A stretch of 64,000 bases of DNA from Gammaproteobacteria bacterium (GCA_965277715.1 OZ255836.1:1504001-1568000), one strand, 5' to 3'. Positions 41,150 through 50,686 are shown, counted from the first letter of the stretch. Program-made: numbers and translations. Notes: generated by a model not told the origin, from the letters alone.

Positions 41150-42802
41150 TTAATCGTCTAAATAACTCGTGGATAAAATGTCCAGTTCAACGGACGTTTC
41201 TGATAAGCCCGCGCCTGGCAGCGCGGGCTTTTCTCTTTGTAACTCCATGTCGACTATCTCCCCCATAATCTCTGTGTGATCGATCAATTTCCCGGCGCGT
41301 TTCTTCGTTTCTAGCGTGTGCTTGTCCAGCCTGGCCAGCGCTTGTTTTTCTCGCGTCTGGATTGCGGCGGCTATCATTGATTCCGCCCGATAAGGTGATC
41401 GATTAATTTGCGGGGCATCACAAATCCACTCACCCTTTAATGTGCGTACCTTGATGTAGTCGTAGCTGTCCATACGGTACTCGATTACTACTTCCTCACG
41501 GTTGTGCGCCTCAAGCTCGGGCGCTGAGAAGCGATTTGAGTTAAATTGAATAACCCCCCGCACAACCTTCCGGGTTTCTTCATGCCAGTAATAAACGTGT
41601 TCGGGATTAATTACCGGTTGTCGATTTAAAGACTTCCATAGCGTAACCGGCGTAGTGCCTATCTCGCCGTGCTCGCGCTCGTTGTTGTACCAATGGATGT
41701 ATTTTTCCAGCCTATCTTGTAATTGTTCCAATGTTAAAAACGGTGAGTTGCCTGCCTTGTGTGCGTCTATTTGTTTTTTTAATTTCTCGTTGTGCGCCTG
41801 AGTTTTTTTCTTATCCGTATAGCCGGGCAGTACCACAAATAATTCGTCTTTAATCGTCCGGTTCCAGCGCTCTATATAGCCGTTATCCTTGGGGTTCCGG
41901 GCGCGTGATTTGTGGGCAGTAATGCCTAAACGGTCAAAGAATCGCTCGACCATTTTGGCTTTAAAGCCCGGCCCTTTGTCTGATTGAATCTCAGCGGGGA
42001 CGTGGTTGTGTCGTAGTAATGAATCAGTTACCGCGTTGACCGTTAGTATTGCAGACTCAGCTTCACCGATGGCCCAGCCCGTAATGTAGCGGCTGCGCAC
42101 ATCAATACACGGCGTTAGCTCAAAGCGCCGGGGTTCACCACTCACTGGGTGAATCACATACACAGGCATCATATTCCCGTCGATCTGGTAGCCGTGGCCG
42201 ACATCGATTACCGTGGCATCCCGTAAGTGGGGTTTACGCTGCGTATTGGCATACGCGAGACCACCCAGGCGTTGCTTGCCAAACTCGCCCTGATCAGCGG
42301 GCAGGCTGCCAATAACCCGCTCGACTTTGCGCCGTGTCACCTGCTTGCTCGCCCATCCTTCCTGCCACAATTGGCGTGCTACCCCCGCGATGGTTAGCCC
42401 TGCGTGCTGTTGGTACAGTGACATCGCTCGCACCTCCCAGCCTTCATCCTTATGTGTCCGGCCACGCCGGGTGTCGACTAACCCTTGCGCGCCGTGTTCT
42501 TTATAGGCTTTTACCCAGGTGTATATCCGGCTTCTGTCTGGGGTTTTGCCCGCTCGCCCGAGTGCCTTTGCCGCTTGTATAATATGGGGTTCACACTCGC
42601 CGCTTTTTATACGCAACAACATCAAGTTAATCGCGGCGCCGCGTTTAAACTTTAAACCTTCCAGCTCAGTAACGTACTCCACCAGCCGCATCCGCATCTT
42701 TGCTTTTTCCCGTTTCGCTTGGGTTAACACCTCCAGCGGCGTGGGCGGGGCGATCACCCGGCACGGCAGGCCAGGGTGGAGTACTTGTACGGCAGCGCTC
42801 AT
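41150..42802 (-). CDS. DDE transposase (MuA-like)
   Basis: YQID, IDVRSRYI, QSDKG, GYIERWN, Mu-type C-terminal domain; ATGA-coupled start at 42802. Confidence 0.92.
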   Translation of the reverse strand: MSAAVQVLHPGLPCRVIAPPTPLEVLTQAKREKAKMRMRLVEYVTELEGLKFKRGAAINLMLLRIKSGECEPHIIQAAKALGRAGKTPDRSRIYTWVKAYKEHGAQGLVDTRRGRTHKDEGWEVRAMSLYQQHAGLTIAGVARQLWQEGWASKQVTRRKVERVIGSLPADQGEFGKQRLGGLAYANTQRKPHLRDATVIDVGHGYQIDGNMMPVYVIHPVSGEPRRFELTPCIDVRSRYITGWAIGEAESAILTVNAVTDSLLRHNHVPAEIQSDKGPGFKAKMVERFFDRLGITAHKSRARNPKDNGYIERWNRTIKDELFVVLPGYTDKKKTQAHNEKLKKQIDAHKAGNSPFLTLEQLQDRLEKYIHWYNNEREHGEIGTTPVTLWKSLNRQPVINPEHVYYWHEETRKVVRGVIQFNSNRFSAPELEAHNREEVVIEYRMDSYDYIKVRTLKGEWICDAPQINRSPYRAESMIAAAIQTREKQALARLDKHTLETKKRAGKLIDHTEIMGEIVDMELQREKPALPGAGLSETSVELDILSTSYLDD

Positions 42803-43812
42803 GATTTGGCCTTTGATCCCCTGGGTCGTCCTGGCCCTTTCTTGCTTTTGCGCTGGTCTTTGCGCGCCCATTCGCGGGCCTCTTTTGCGTGCACCAATGA
42901 CGCTAACCGGCTCTCGATGCGCAGCGCGTCATCGCCGGTAATGGGGGGCACATCGTCGACCTGCTGAACCCGGTAGTGCTCCCCCACTAGCGTGTCAAAC
43001 CGGTTCATCACATAACACAGCTTGGCGTAAGCGGCGGTTAAGTTCGCGTGTATCGTGGTCGCCGCGATTGAATATTCAGCGTGGCCAATGTCGCCATCAG
43101 AGTAGTCAGCATCTGGGGCGTTGATGCGCGTGATTAAGCGTTCAATCACATCCATTGATAAGCTGATGTCTTTCCCCGCTAACATGCTCTCCTCGCGGGC
43201 CTCCCTTACTACTAATGGGTAGAGTGAGTCTGTCTCTGGGTTAAGCTGCGCGCGCAATTCGTCGTTTCTACGTTGCTGAAGCTCGGTCAACCGCTCCTGG
43301 TCTGTTAATGCGTGGCGCAAGTCTTTCACTTGGCGCTCTGATGATTCTACCGCCTCGCGTGCCGACACTAACAGATCACTGAACGCGGCCTGATCCATCG
43401 CTGTTAACTCATCTGCTGAGTGGCCGAGTATCGTGCCGTCGTCATCCGTTATCTCGGCCAGCGTGGTATCTGGTAGTTTTCTTAATGCGTCAATTTTGCC
43501 ACCTTGCAAAAACACCAATTGGTGTTTTTGGGGGCTTGCCAAAACAAACTCTGCGCGTTTGTAATACCTCAGTGCTGTGTTATAAGGTATGCCGATCTCT
43601 TCTAGGGCTATCTGGAATTTGCCGTGTGGTTCCTGTTGTTTCAGAGACAGGAGCATCATGCCAAGCTGGAAGCTATTCTGTTTTATCTTTATGTAAGCGT
43701 CTTTTGCGCTCGACACTACCCAGTCATAATTGTACGGCCTGTCCATTAAGTAACCCTCTAACGCGTGCTCCTGGGCCTCAGTTACAGCAATGGCGGTGGT
43801 TTCTTCTTTCAT
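42799..43812 (-). CDS. DUF3102-like coiled-coil phage protein
   Basis: LGMMLLSLKQQEPHGKF...ALRY. Confidence 0.65.
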   Translation of the reverse strand: MKEETTAIAVTEAQEHALEGYLMDRPYNYDWVVSSAKDAYIKIKQNSFQLGMMLLSLKQQEPHGKFQIALEEIGIPYNTALRYYKRAEFVLASPQKHQLVFLQGGKIDALRKLPDTTLAEITDDDGTILGHSADELTAMDQAAFSDLLVSAREAVESSERQVKDLRHALTDQERLTELQQRRNDELRAQLNPETDSLYPLVVREAREESMLAGKDISLSMDVIERLITRINAPDADYSDGDIGHAEYSIAATTIHANLTAAYAKLCYVMNRFDTLVGEHYRVQQVDDVPPITGDDALRIESRLASLVHAKEAREWARKDQRKSKKGPGRPRGSKAKS

Positions 43813-44162
43813 CGTCTTTCCTCTGTTGGCAGTGTTTGTCGGTATCGCGTCTCAGCAGCGTCTATGAGTGCTTGCAACTCGACGATGTACGTGTCGATGT
43901 TCTGAGTCCCATGTGCACGTGCCATTGCTTGATTCAGTCCGTTACTCACCCCTGCACGCAGTGATAGCGTTGCCGCCATCGCACACCCACCAACGCTCTG
44001 GCCAGAAAACAGGTTTATAATGCGTTCGAGTTGAACTGCTATTTCAGCGTCTAGTGCCCTTTCTAAAGTTGTCTTTGCGACGATTAGCCTTATATTAATC
44101 GAGGCCTCAATGCCCTGGATAATGATCCGCTGGGCGCTGTCTGTGATTTCTGTTGGAGTCAT
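43809..44162 (-). CDS. Hypothetical phage protein
   Basis: ORF coupled within the early operon. Confidence 0.6.
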   Translation of the reverse strand: MTPTEITDSAQRIIIQGIEASINIRLIVAKTTLERALDAEIAVQLERIINLFSGQSVGGCAMAATLSLRAGVSNGLNQAMARAHGTQNIDTYIVELQALIDAAETRYRQTLPTEERR

Positions 44163-44170
44163 ATCTACCT

Positions 44171-44701
44171 CTAATAACCAAATTGTTTTTTAAGGCGCGT
44201 TTGCTTTTGCCGTGCATCCGCCTGGGTTAATAATGTGTACCCCAGCTCCGCCGCCTGCTGATCTTCCCCATTCGCTATGCCCATGCCGATTGCTGTGACG
44301 ATCACGCGCAGCGGGTCAGTAACCCCCAGCGTTGCCCACATAAATGCCGGTAAGTACTTCGCGGGCATATCTCGATCTTCGGCGCTTTGCGCCGTCCAGC
44401 CGTTGAGCTTGCGTACTGTGATTTGCTCAGCTTTGTCTGTAATGCAAAGGTTCATTCTGTCTACCACACGCTCCCGGCTGATGCCGTTCTGCCGGGCGGT
44501 ACGCAGGGCGTAATTAATCGCACCGAGCAACTCCATCTTTATGTCCAAATCTGGTGCGTTTTCATCGTGAATCACGGTCGATAAATGTTGCTGGAAAAAA
44601 TCAGGCTGAAAGGCGGTCATATTTAGCCCCGTATTGACCAGTGACGTGACGCTGCTGGTCTGTTGAAATAAGCGTTCATTGAGTGACGGCTGGTGTATCA
44701 A
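44171..44701 (-). CDS. Phage regulatory-type protein
   Basis: SRERVVDRM...LNGWTAQS...MPAKYLPAF; directly after ner. Confidence 0.6.
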   Translation of the reverse strand: MIHQPSLNERLFQQTSSVTSLVNTGLNMTAFQPDFFQQHLSTVIHDENAPDLDIKMELLGAINYALRTARQNGISRERVVDRMNLCITDKAEQITVRKLNGWTAQSAEDRDMPAKYLPAFMWATLGVTDPLRVIVTAIGMGIANGEDQQAAELGYTLLTQADARQKQTRLKKQFGY

Positions 44702-44958
44702 GTGCCATACTCTTTATTACGCGGCTTGCTGTAACGCCCATCTGGCCACATGCGGCTCATTGGAAGATCAGTAATAGCCGATATATAAGACGCGACGTTA
44801 TATGACGTTAACCGCCTGTGAATCACATTGTTTACAAGCGTTCGATCAACCTTTAGCTGTGTGGCTATTTTTTGTTGCGAATACCCGGCTTTGGTTAGTG
44901 CACATATAATGTCTGCTGGATGTAAGCCGCTGGAGTGATCCGTTATATGGATTGGCAT
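44698..44958 (-). CDS. ner: Ner/Nlp-family transcriptional regulator
   Basis: HPADIICAL...HTH...MWPDGRY; divergent from the repressor. Confidence 0.85.
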   Translation of the reverse strand: MPIHITDHSSGLHPADIICALTKAGYSQQKIATQLKVDRTLVNNVIHRRLTSYNVASYISAITDLPMSRMWPDGRYSKPRNKEYGT

Positions 44959-45037
44959 AATTATGTGCTCCGTTTTTGTTTTGCGGTATTTGCCGCTTTT
45001 TTTGGGTTTGTGGAAATAACTTTAGTGCTTGAATACT

Positions 45038-45067
45038 AATATAGTGGTTTAAATAGATACATGTCAA
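45038..45067 (-). promoter_or_regulatory. Putative sigma70 early promoter for the ner operon
   Basis: TTGACA-18 nt-TATATT on the minus strand, overlapping the repressor start codon. Confidence 0.6.
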
Positions 45068-45663
45068 GTGAAAAAACTAATAAATTGGGTTTTAGGATCA
45101 AAAACTTATTGAAAGATGCCGGTGGCGCAATTATTTTGTCTAAAAAAATAGGCAAAAACAAAAATACAATTTACAACTGGATTAACAAAAATAGCGTTCC
45201 TTCTGATGATTTGATATTGCTCGCAGAAGCTCTGGGCGTTAGTGTTACTTGGTTGTTGACAGGAGAAGGGGATCGATTCCCTTCTGACGGTGACTACTCA
45301 TTTAAAGAGTCCTCAGAAAGGCAAAGCGCCCCGCAGGGCGTTGAGCAACCAGCGGCGGCTTACAATGTCACGCCGTCGCCGAGCGCAACCCTGCAAGCGA
45401 AATCGGCGGCAGAGCGTGTACTGGAAGCCGCGATCGCTCTAGAACTCCCTTGGTCTGCGGCGGTCGCTGCGTTGGTTGATGAGGTAAAAAAAAACCCAGG
45501 AATGCACGATGCAAAGATTGGCGCCGAGTTATCGAAACTGACTGCGCCGGTGCCGGTGCAAGCAAAGCCGCCTCAAGTCGAGACCGTTCAAAAAGTATGG
45601 TCGGGAGTCGACCGCCGGGATTGCAGTAGTTCGTGCAATAATGATAGCGGTTCGTGTGTTTGA
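45061..45663 (+). CDS. Phage repressor (XRE/cI-type HTH, no S24 peptidase)
   Basis: TIYNW...LAEALGVSVTWLLTGEG; divergent from ner. Confidence 0.85.
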   Translation: MSSEKTNKLGFRIKNLLKDAGGAIILSKKIGKNKNTIYNWINKNSVPSDDLILLAEALGVSVTWLLTGEGDRFPSDGDYSFKESSERQSAPQGVEQPAAAYNVTPSPSATLQAKSAAERVLEAAIALELPWSAAVAALVDEVKKNPGMHDAKIGAELSKLTAPVPVQAKPPQVETVQKVWSGVDRRDCSSSCNNDSGSCV

Positions 45664-45781
45664 ATTGACTAAAGGGGGGCATGGGATTAAAACTAATATT
45701 GCCGCTTGCCGTTATGTGTTTTTTTATAATCACAGCGCGATGGCTTAGGCGCTGTAGCGGTCGCTAACGTGAGGGGGAGTT

Positions 45782-46030
45782 GTGGACTTTATAATTATTA
45801 TTATTGCTGTGTCCTGGCCAATCGTGCTCTATGCGCTAGGGCGTTTGGGCCTGAATGCTGTGAATATCTTATTAGTTGTCGCTATTATCTTTTACCCCGC
45901 AGCAAGATATGTCATGAAAAGTCTAGGGGTTGAGGGGGACGCTCTCTTGTTTTCAACTCTAGTTGTTTGTGCTGTATCTGCTGTTTTGATTGGTTGGTTT
46001 AATAGCGAAAGAAGGGGCCGGTCTAAATAA
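45782..46030 (+). CDS. Small membrane protein with three TM helices
   Basis: Three hydrophobic segments; G-rich SD-like sequence before a GTG start. Confidence 0.6.
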   Translation: MDFIIIIIAVSWPIVLYALGRLGLNAVNILLVVAIIFYPAARYVMKSLGVEGDALLFSTLVVCAVSAVLIGWFNSERRGRSK

Positions 46031-46145
46031 GCTTTTGACACGACGTTTCAGAGTGTTACGAACCGTGCCCTGAGAGTCCCTCAGAGGCCGCTGACGGGCC
46101 GATCTGTTTATCACTCTAATGCTATGAATAATTTTCTTTGGTGGT

Positions 46146-46178
46146 TTTTAATAGGGTTTTATTAGGGTTTTAATAGGG
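46146..46178. repeat. Three 11-bp phased repeats TTTTA(A/T)TAGGG
   Basis: Read directly; about 450 bp from the prophage midpoint (46628). Confidence 0.85.
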
Positions 46179-46309
46179 GGTATGGATTGGCGGCAGGGTC
46201 GGTGGTGGTTTCTGTTGTTGATTTTGACGTATTCAACCTGTGATGCCCTATTATTTGATGGGTGCCCAGCATCTGCGCTGGGCTAATTTTAATGGCAAGG
46301 TGGGGAATA

Positions 46310-47200
46310 ATGACAGATACTTACGTTATTGAAACGACTTACAGTATCAGCTACACAACCAAACAGCCTGTGCCGATCCCGGATGTGATTAAAGCATTGT
46401 GCAATGTCGAGCAATTGCTTTATCGTACACCAGCGTTTGTCGAGTATTCGTTGCCTGGTGTCAGGGTTGTTTCAACAGACGTTTTTATTGATTCGATCCG
46501 TGGCGGTAGTTTAATAAAGAACTTTCTAATCAAGTACGTGATGAAGACGGAAAAAAATTATGAAGATGCAACGAAAGTTATCGAAAGGGTGATTGAGGAT
46601 AATGCGGTGATTAGAACTGTCGTTGCCGTTGGGGTGGGGTCGGTGTTGACCTACGGTGTGATGAGCGCATTGCCGAAAAATGCACCATCGACACATATCG
46701 AATTTTACAAAAACAATATTAATACATTTGGGGCAGACGCCAATCTTAGCGGTGATGCGATTCGCGGTATTGTCGAGTCGATCACGGATAAAAAAGCACT
46801 GGCTAAAGAAGCGGTCGGTGCCTTGGCGCCAGCACATGCGGATTCTAGCGCCGAGGTTCAAATGTCTGGCTATGAGTTACTCACGTTCCCAGCGGCAGCA
46901 GTAGCGGAGGCGCCCAAAGAATACGAGGCTCCTATGCCTGAACACAAGGACGTGCGTTATCAGGACGTGAGGATACTGATTTCAGCGAGTGACCGTGACC
47001 GCTCTGCTAATGGTTGGGCGGGCATGGTTCCGGAAGTTGTTGACACACGCACAAAGATCATTCTAGATGAGGGTGTTGACCCAAGGGAGATCCACGGTAA
47101 AACGCGTGTGGTCGGTGATGTGACTATCACGAGTAAGTATGTTAACGCAAAGAAGGCGTTTGAGGCGAAACAGATACTCATTCATGCTATTAATGAATGA
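46310..47200 (+). CDS. Hypothetical cargo protein
   Basis: 296-aa ORF with no motif I recognise, between the repressor and the head genes. Confidence 0.75.
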   Translation: MTDTYVIETTYSISYTTKQPVPIPDVIKALCNVEQLLYRTPAFVEYSLPGVRVVSTDVFIDSIRGGSLIKNFLIKYVMKTEKNYEDATKVIERVIEDNAVIRTVVAVGVGSVLTYGVMSALPKNAPSTHIEFYKNNINTFGADANLSGDAIRGIVESITDKKALAKEAVGALAPAHADSSAEVQMSGYELLTFPAAAVAEAPKEYEAPMPEHKDVRYQDVRILISASDRDRSANGWAGMVPEVVDTRTKIILDEGVDPREIHGKTRVVGDVTITSKYVNAKKAFEAKQILIHAINE

Positions 47201-47271
47201 TCTTGAATTGACGTGGATGTGAACGCCGCTAAACTCTACGCCCTCTGTTACACCCCCTTGTAACTACTCCG

Positions 47272-47324
47272 CCGGGAAGTATTTCCCGGTTATCCGGTTT
47301 TTACCTGTCGGCCATGATGCACAC
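47272..47324 (+). promoter_or_regulatory. Putative Mor-activated late promoter (rightward)
   Basis: CCGGGAAGTATTTCCCGG (47272-47289), then 23 nt, CATGAT, 6 nt and the protease ATG. Confidence 0.75.
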
Positions 47325-48539
47325 ATGGCGACATTACACTTTAAAGGTTTCGACGATTACATCGATTTGTTTAGCGCTGGTGAGCAGACCGACAGCGCGG
47401 GCAATACCCGCATATGGACGCAAGCCGAGCTTGATCAGATGGTTGCGAACCACTCGGCGGAAAGTGCTGCGCCTGCCGTTGTCGGTCACCCGAGCAGCGA
47501 CGCCCCAGCCTACGGCTGGCTATCTGATGTACGCCGCAACGGTGATACATTGCAAGGCAAGTTTGACCAAGTCAATCCTGATTTTGAACAAGCTGTCCGT
47601 AGCGGCAGTTATAAGAATCGATCAATATCACTCGACCACTCCCCTGAGTCCGGCTTCTCAATAAGACATGTCGGCTGGCTCGGCGGCGTTGCGCCCGCCA
47701 TTCCGGGGTTGCGTCCTGTTCAGTTTTCAAGCGAAGCCCCGGCGCATACGTTTACCACTAGTGCCTTGGTTTATGAGGAGAGCTATGCGTGGTCGAATGT
47801 AGCCAAGTTGCTGCGCGGCATGCGTGAATTTTTCATTTCAGAAAAAGGTCAGGAGCGTGCAGACGAGCTGATGCCTAACTATTCCATTCAAGAACTCAGC
47901 GACCACGCAACGACATTGCGTAACACACCGATCAATCCATCGGAACCTTCCCCCGCTTTCGGGCGGGGTGTTTTTTCCGAGCCGACGATTAAACCAACTC
48001 ACACAAACCCAGGAGGTGCCCCAGTGACGGTCACACAAGAACAGCTCGATGCAGCGAATGCACGAGCTGCAACCGCAGAAGCGCAGATTGCGACGTTTGA
48101 AAAAGAAAACGCAACGGCAGCGGCAGCGCTCGCTGCTGAAAAAGAAAAAGTCCGCCGGGCGGACTTTTCAAAAAAAGTCGATGCACTGATTGCTGATAGG
48201 CGTATTTTGCCCGCCAGCCGTGACGGTGTTATCGAATTTATGATGTCCTTGCCCGCTGATGAGGCGGTTGTGATCGAGTTCAGTGCCGGTGACAGCATCA
48301 AAAAACAATCACCCAGCGCGTGGTTTTCTGAATTTGCGGCGGCATTGCCGCAGGTGGGGCCAAAACTCGGCGTTGAAATGACGCCAGAAAGCGGCCCGCC
48401 GACGCACAACTTTAGTGCACCGGAGGGCTACCAAGTGGATACCGCAGCAGCGGCGCTGCACGGTAAAGCGCTGGAGTATCAAGCTACACATAAGTGTGAC
48501 TACATCACCGCTGTAAACGCTGTGGAGGTTCGTTCATGA
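47325..48539 (+). CDS. Capsid maturation protease/scaffold (Mu gpI-like)
   Basis: APAVVGHP..DAPAYGW, YKNRSIS, RHVGWLGGVAPAIPGL. Confidence 0.88.
   Translation: MATLHFKGFDDYIDLFSAGEQTDSAGNTRIWTQAELDQMVANHSAESAAPAVVGHPSSDAPAYGWLSDVRRNGDTLQGKFDQVNPDFEQAVRSGSYKNRSISLDHSPESGFSIRHVGWLGGVAPAIPGLRPVQFSSEAPAHTFTTSALVYEESYAWSNVAKLLRGMREFFISEKGQERADELMPNYSIQELSDHATTLRNTPINPSEPSPAFGRGVFSEPTIKPTHTNPGGAPVTVTQEQLDAANARAATAEAQIATFEKENATAAAALAAEKEKVRRADFSKKVDALIADRRILPASRDGVIEFMMSLPADEAVVIEFSAGDSIKKQSPSAWFSEFAAALPQVGPKLGVEMTPESGPPTHNFSAPEGYQVDTAAAALHGKALEYQATHKCDYITAVNAVEVRS
48024..48539 (+). CDS. Nested scaffolding protein (Mu Z-like internal start)
   Basis: AGGAGG at 48011-48016 followed by an in-frame GTG at 48024. 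Confidence 0.65.
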   Translation: MTVTQEQLDAANARAATAEAQIATFEKENATAAAALAAEKEKVRRADFSKKVDALIADRRILPASRDGVIEFMMSLPADEAVVIEFSAGDSIKKQSPSAWFSEFAAALPQVGPKLGVEMTPESGPPTHNFSAPEGYQVDTAAAALHGKALEYQATHKCDYITAVNAVEVRS

Positions 48540-48877
48540 GCACGCACAGGGCAATTATGGTGCCGACTGTCAAGGCAGCAGAGGCAATCCCCCAATACCG
48601 ATTCGTTACTTACACCGGCGGGCTTGCGGCTGCCGGTGCCCATGCGCTCGGCGTATCGCAATATGCAGCGGGCAGTGGTGAATTGCTGGCCGTCACCGCG
48701 CAAGGCACGGCGATAGTCGAGGCGGGCGGTGCCCTGGCTGCCGGTGATGCTGTATCTGCTGACGCGAATTCACGCGCTGTAGAACGAACCGACGGTGTAA
48801 TGCTGGGGCGCGTAGCGCCGGGTGCGTCTGCATTAGTGCCTGGCAGTAAAGTCGAAATTATTCTAATCCTTAATTAA
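48536..48877 (+). CDS. Capsid decoration/cement protein (DUF2190-like)
   Basis: G/A-rich; GTAIVEAGGALAAGDAV. Confidence 0.75.
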   Translation: MSTHRAIMVPTVKAAEAIPQYRFVTYTGGLAAAGAHALGVSQYAAGSGELLAVTAQGTAIVEAGGALAAGDAVSADANSRAVERTDGVMLGRVAPGASALVPGSKVEIILILN

Positions 48878-48892
48878 TCAGGACAGCTAACA

Positions 48893-49849
48893 ATGAATAC
48901 ACAGCAAGCCAGAGTAGTCGACCCGATACTCACAACACATTCACGTGGTTACACTAGCAGTGATGTGATGCGTGTCGGCCAGATTCTCTTCCCCCGTGCA
49001 CCCGTAACGAGCCGTGGTGCAAAGATCATCACATTTGGCCGTGAGCACTACCGTATTTACGATGCGCAACGCGCCCCTGGCGGGGATAAAAAGCGGGTGC
49101 GCGTTGGTTACACTGACTCGACAGTCAGCCTCAGCCAGCGGTCACTCTCCGGTGAAGTCGCATTCGAGGTTTTGCAAGACGCCAATACAGTGCCGATGAT
49201 TGACTTAGGGCGTCGAGCTGTGAATGTGCCAAGTGAATCACTGGCGCGTGAGCAGGAGCTCTTGCAAGCGACACTGGCGCAAGATGTTAACAACTATGCG
49301 GCCGGGAATAAATTGGCCCTCACTGGAGCCGACAAATGGAGTGCTTATGACACCTCAGACCCCGGTAGGCAAGTCGACGACGCGCACGAGGTTATCCGAT
49401 CAAAAATAGGGCGGCGTGCAAATGTGTTGGCCCTTGGCCCGGTTGTCTGTGTCAAAGCCAAGCGACACCCCAAGATCGTAGGGCATTTTTACAGCGGTGT
49501 AAAAAATGGCCCGGCCACGGTATCAAATGAACAGCTTGCGGAGTACTTCGGTGTGAAGCGCGTTATTACCGGTGATGATGTGTATCTCGCCAAGGATGAC
49601 GGCGACGATGCGGATTTCCGGGATATGTGGGGCAACAGCGCTGTGTTGGCGTTTGTGCCATCGGTTGATGGAGTCGGAGACATAGAGGTGCCTAGCTATG
49701 GTTACACATACTATCTGAGAGATCACCCATTTGTTGAATCGCCGTGGCAAGATCGTGACCATGACGTGTGGGTGTACCCGGTTAGAGATGAATATCAGCC
49801 GGTACTGACCGGCATGGATGCGGGCTTCCTTTTCTCAAACGTTGTTTAG
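48893..49849 (+). CDS. Major capsid protein
   Basis: ARVVDPILT, RAPG, PSYGYTY, AGFLF; follows the protease and decoration genes. Confidence 0.88.
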   Translation: MNTQQARVVDPILTTHSRGYTSSDVMRVGQILFPRAPVTSRGAKIITFGREHYRIYDAQRAPGGDKKRVRVGYTDSTVSLSQRSLSGEVAFEVLQDANTVPMIDLGRRAVNVPSESLAREQELLQATLAQDVNNYAAGNKLALTGADKWSAYDTSDPGRQVDDAHEVIRSKIGRRANVLALGPVVCVKAKRHPKIVGHFYSGVKNGPATVSNEQLAEYFGVKRVITGDDVYLAKDDGDDADFRDMWGNSAVLAFVPSVDGVGDIEVPSYGYTYYLRDHPFVESPWQDRDHDVWVYPVRDEYQPVLTGMDAGFLFSNVV

Positions 49850-50334
49850 TGATGGGTAACCGATACACCGTACTCAGCCCGTTGATGATCGCGGGTGAGA
49901 AAGTGACCACCGGTGTCGTTACCATGTCCAGTGAAGACGCTGCGGCATTAGTCGCGTGTGGGGTCTTGGCCCTGGTGATTGAAACAGTACCGGACACGTC
50001 GACACATGACCGAATGGCTATCATCGCGGCGGCGATCAGTGAACTGGATGAGGATAACAAAGACCACTGGACACATGGTGGCAAGCCGAACATTAGAACG
50101 CTTGCTTCAATTACCGGCTCGTTGGTCAAGGCAAAAGAACGTGACGACGCGTGGGATGCAATCCAGTCGACGGGTGAGCAGCTAAACAAACTTATTGCCG
50201 CAATCACTGCGATGCCCAAAGGCTTAACGCCGGATGCTGATGAGCTCAGCCATGACTTGGGGTTTACCGTGACACGCAGCGATATAGCGTATGCGCTGGC
50301 GCAGCTTGCGGCAGAAGCCGAACAGACTGATTAG
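49849..50334 (+). CDS. Hypothetical virion-associated protein
   Basis: HWTHGGKP...ERDDAW module; position after the capsid gene. Confidence 0.6.
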   Translation: MMGNRYTVLSPLMIAGEKVTTGVVTMSSEDAAALVACGVLALVIETVPDTSTHDRMAIIAAAISELDEDNKDHWTHGGKPNIRTLASITGSLVKAKERDDAWDAIQSTGEQLNKLIAAITAMPKGLTPDADELSHDLGFTVTRSDIAYALAQLAAEAEQTD

Positions 50335-50340
50335 ATCACC

Positions 50341-50679
50341 ATGACACAGAGACAGAGACCGCATATGAAATCAGTTTACACCGCTGGCAGGAATCAGTTC
50401 GACCATCAGAACTTGATGATACTAATGCAGGGTATCAAACAAGCGATGATAAAAGAGAAGGTCAATGGTGAAGTTAAAGTCGCTGTTGATTTATTCAATA
50501 ACGCACTAATTGAACATGCAGAGAGTTCAATAGAGCTCGGCGGCGGTGAGCACGCTCAGCGGCTCGGTCAGCTTGAGAAAGAAGTTAGTTCCTTGAGACG
50601 GTGGAAGATCGGCGGCATGGCTGCGACAGCCGGTTTCGTGTTAGCTATGCTGCAAATCGCTAATTTAGTGCTCGGATAA
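50341..50679 (+). CDS. Coiled-coil protein with C-terminal TM helix
   Basis: RLGQLEKEVSSLRRW plus a hydrophobic tail. Confidence 0.6.
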   Translation: MTQRQRPHMKSVYTAGRNQFDHQNLMILMQGIKQAMIKEKVNGEVKVAVDLFNNALIEHAESSIELGGGEHAQRLGQLEKEVSSLRRWKIGGMAATAGFVLAMLQIANLVLG

Positions 50680-50686
50680 GGCGCTA

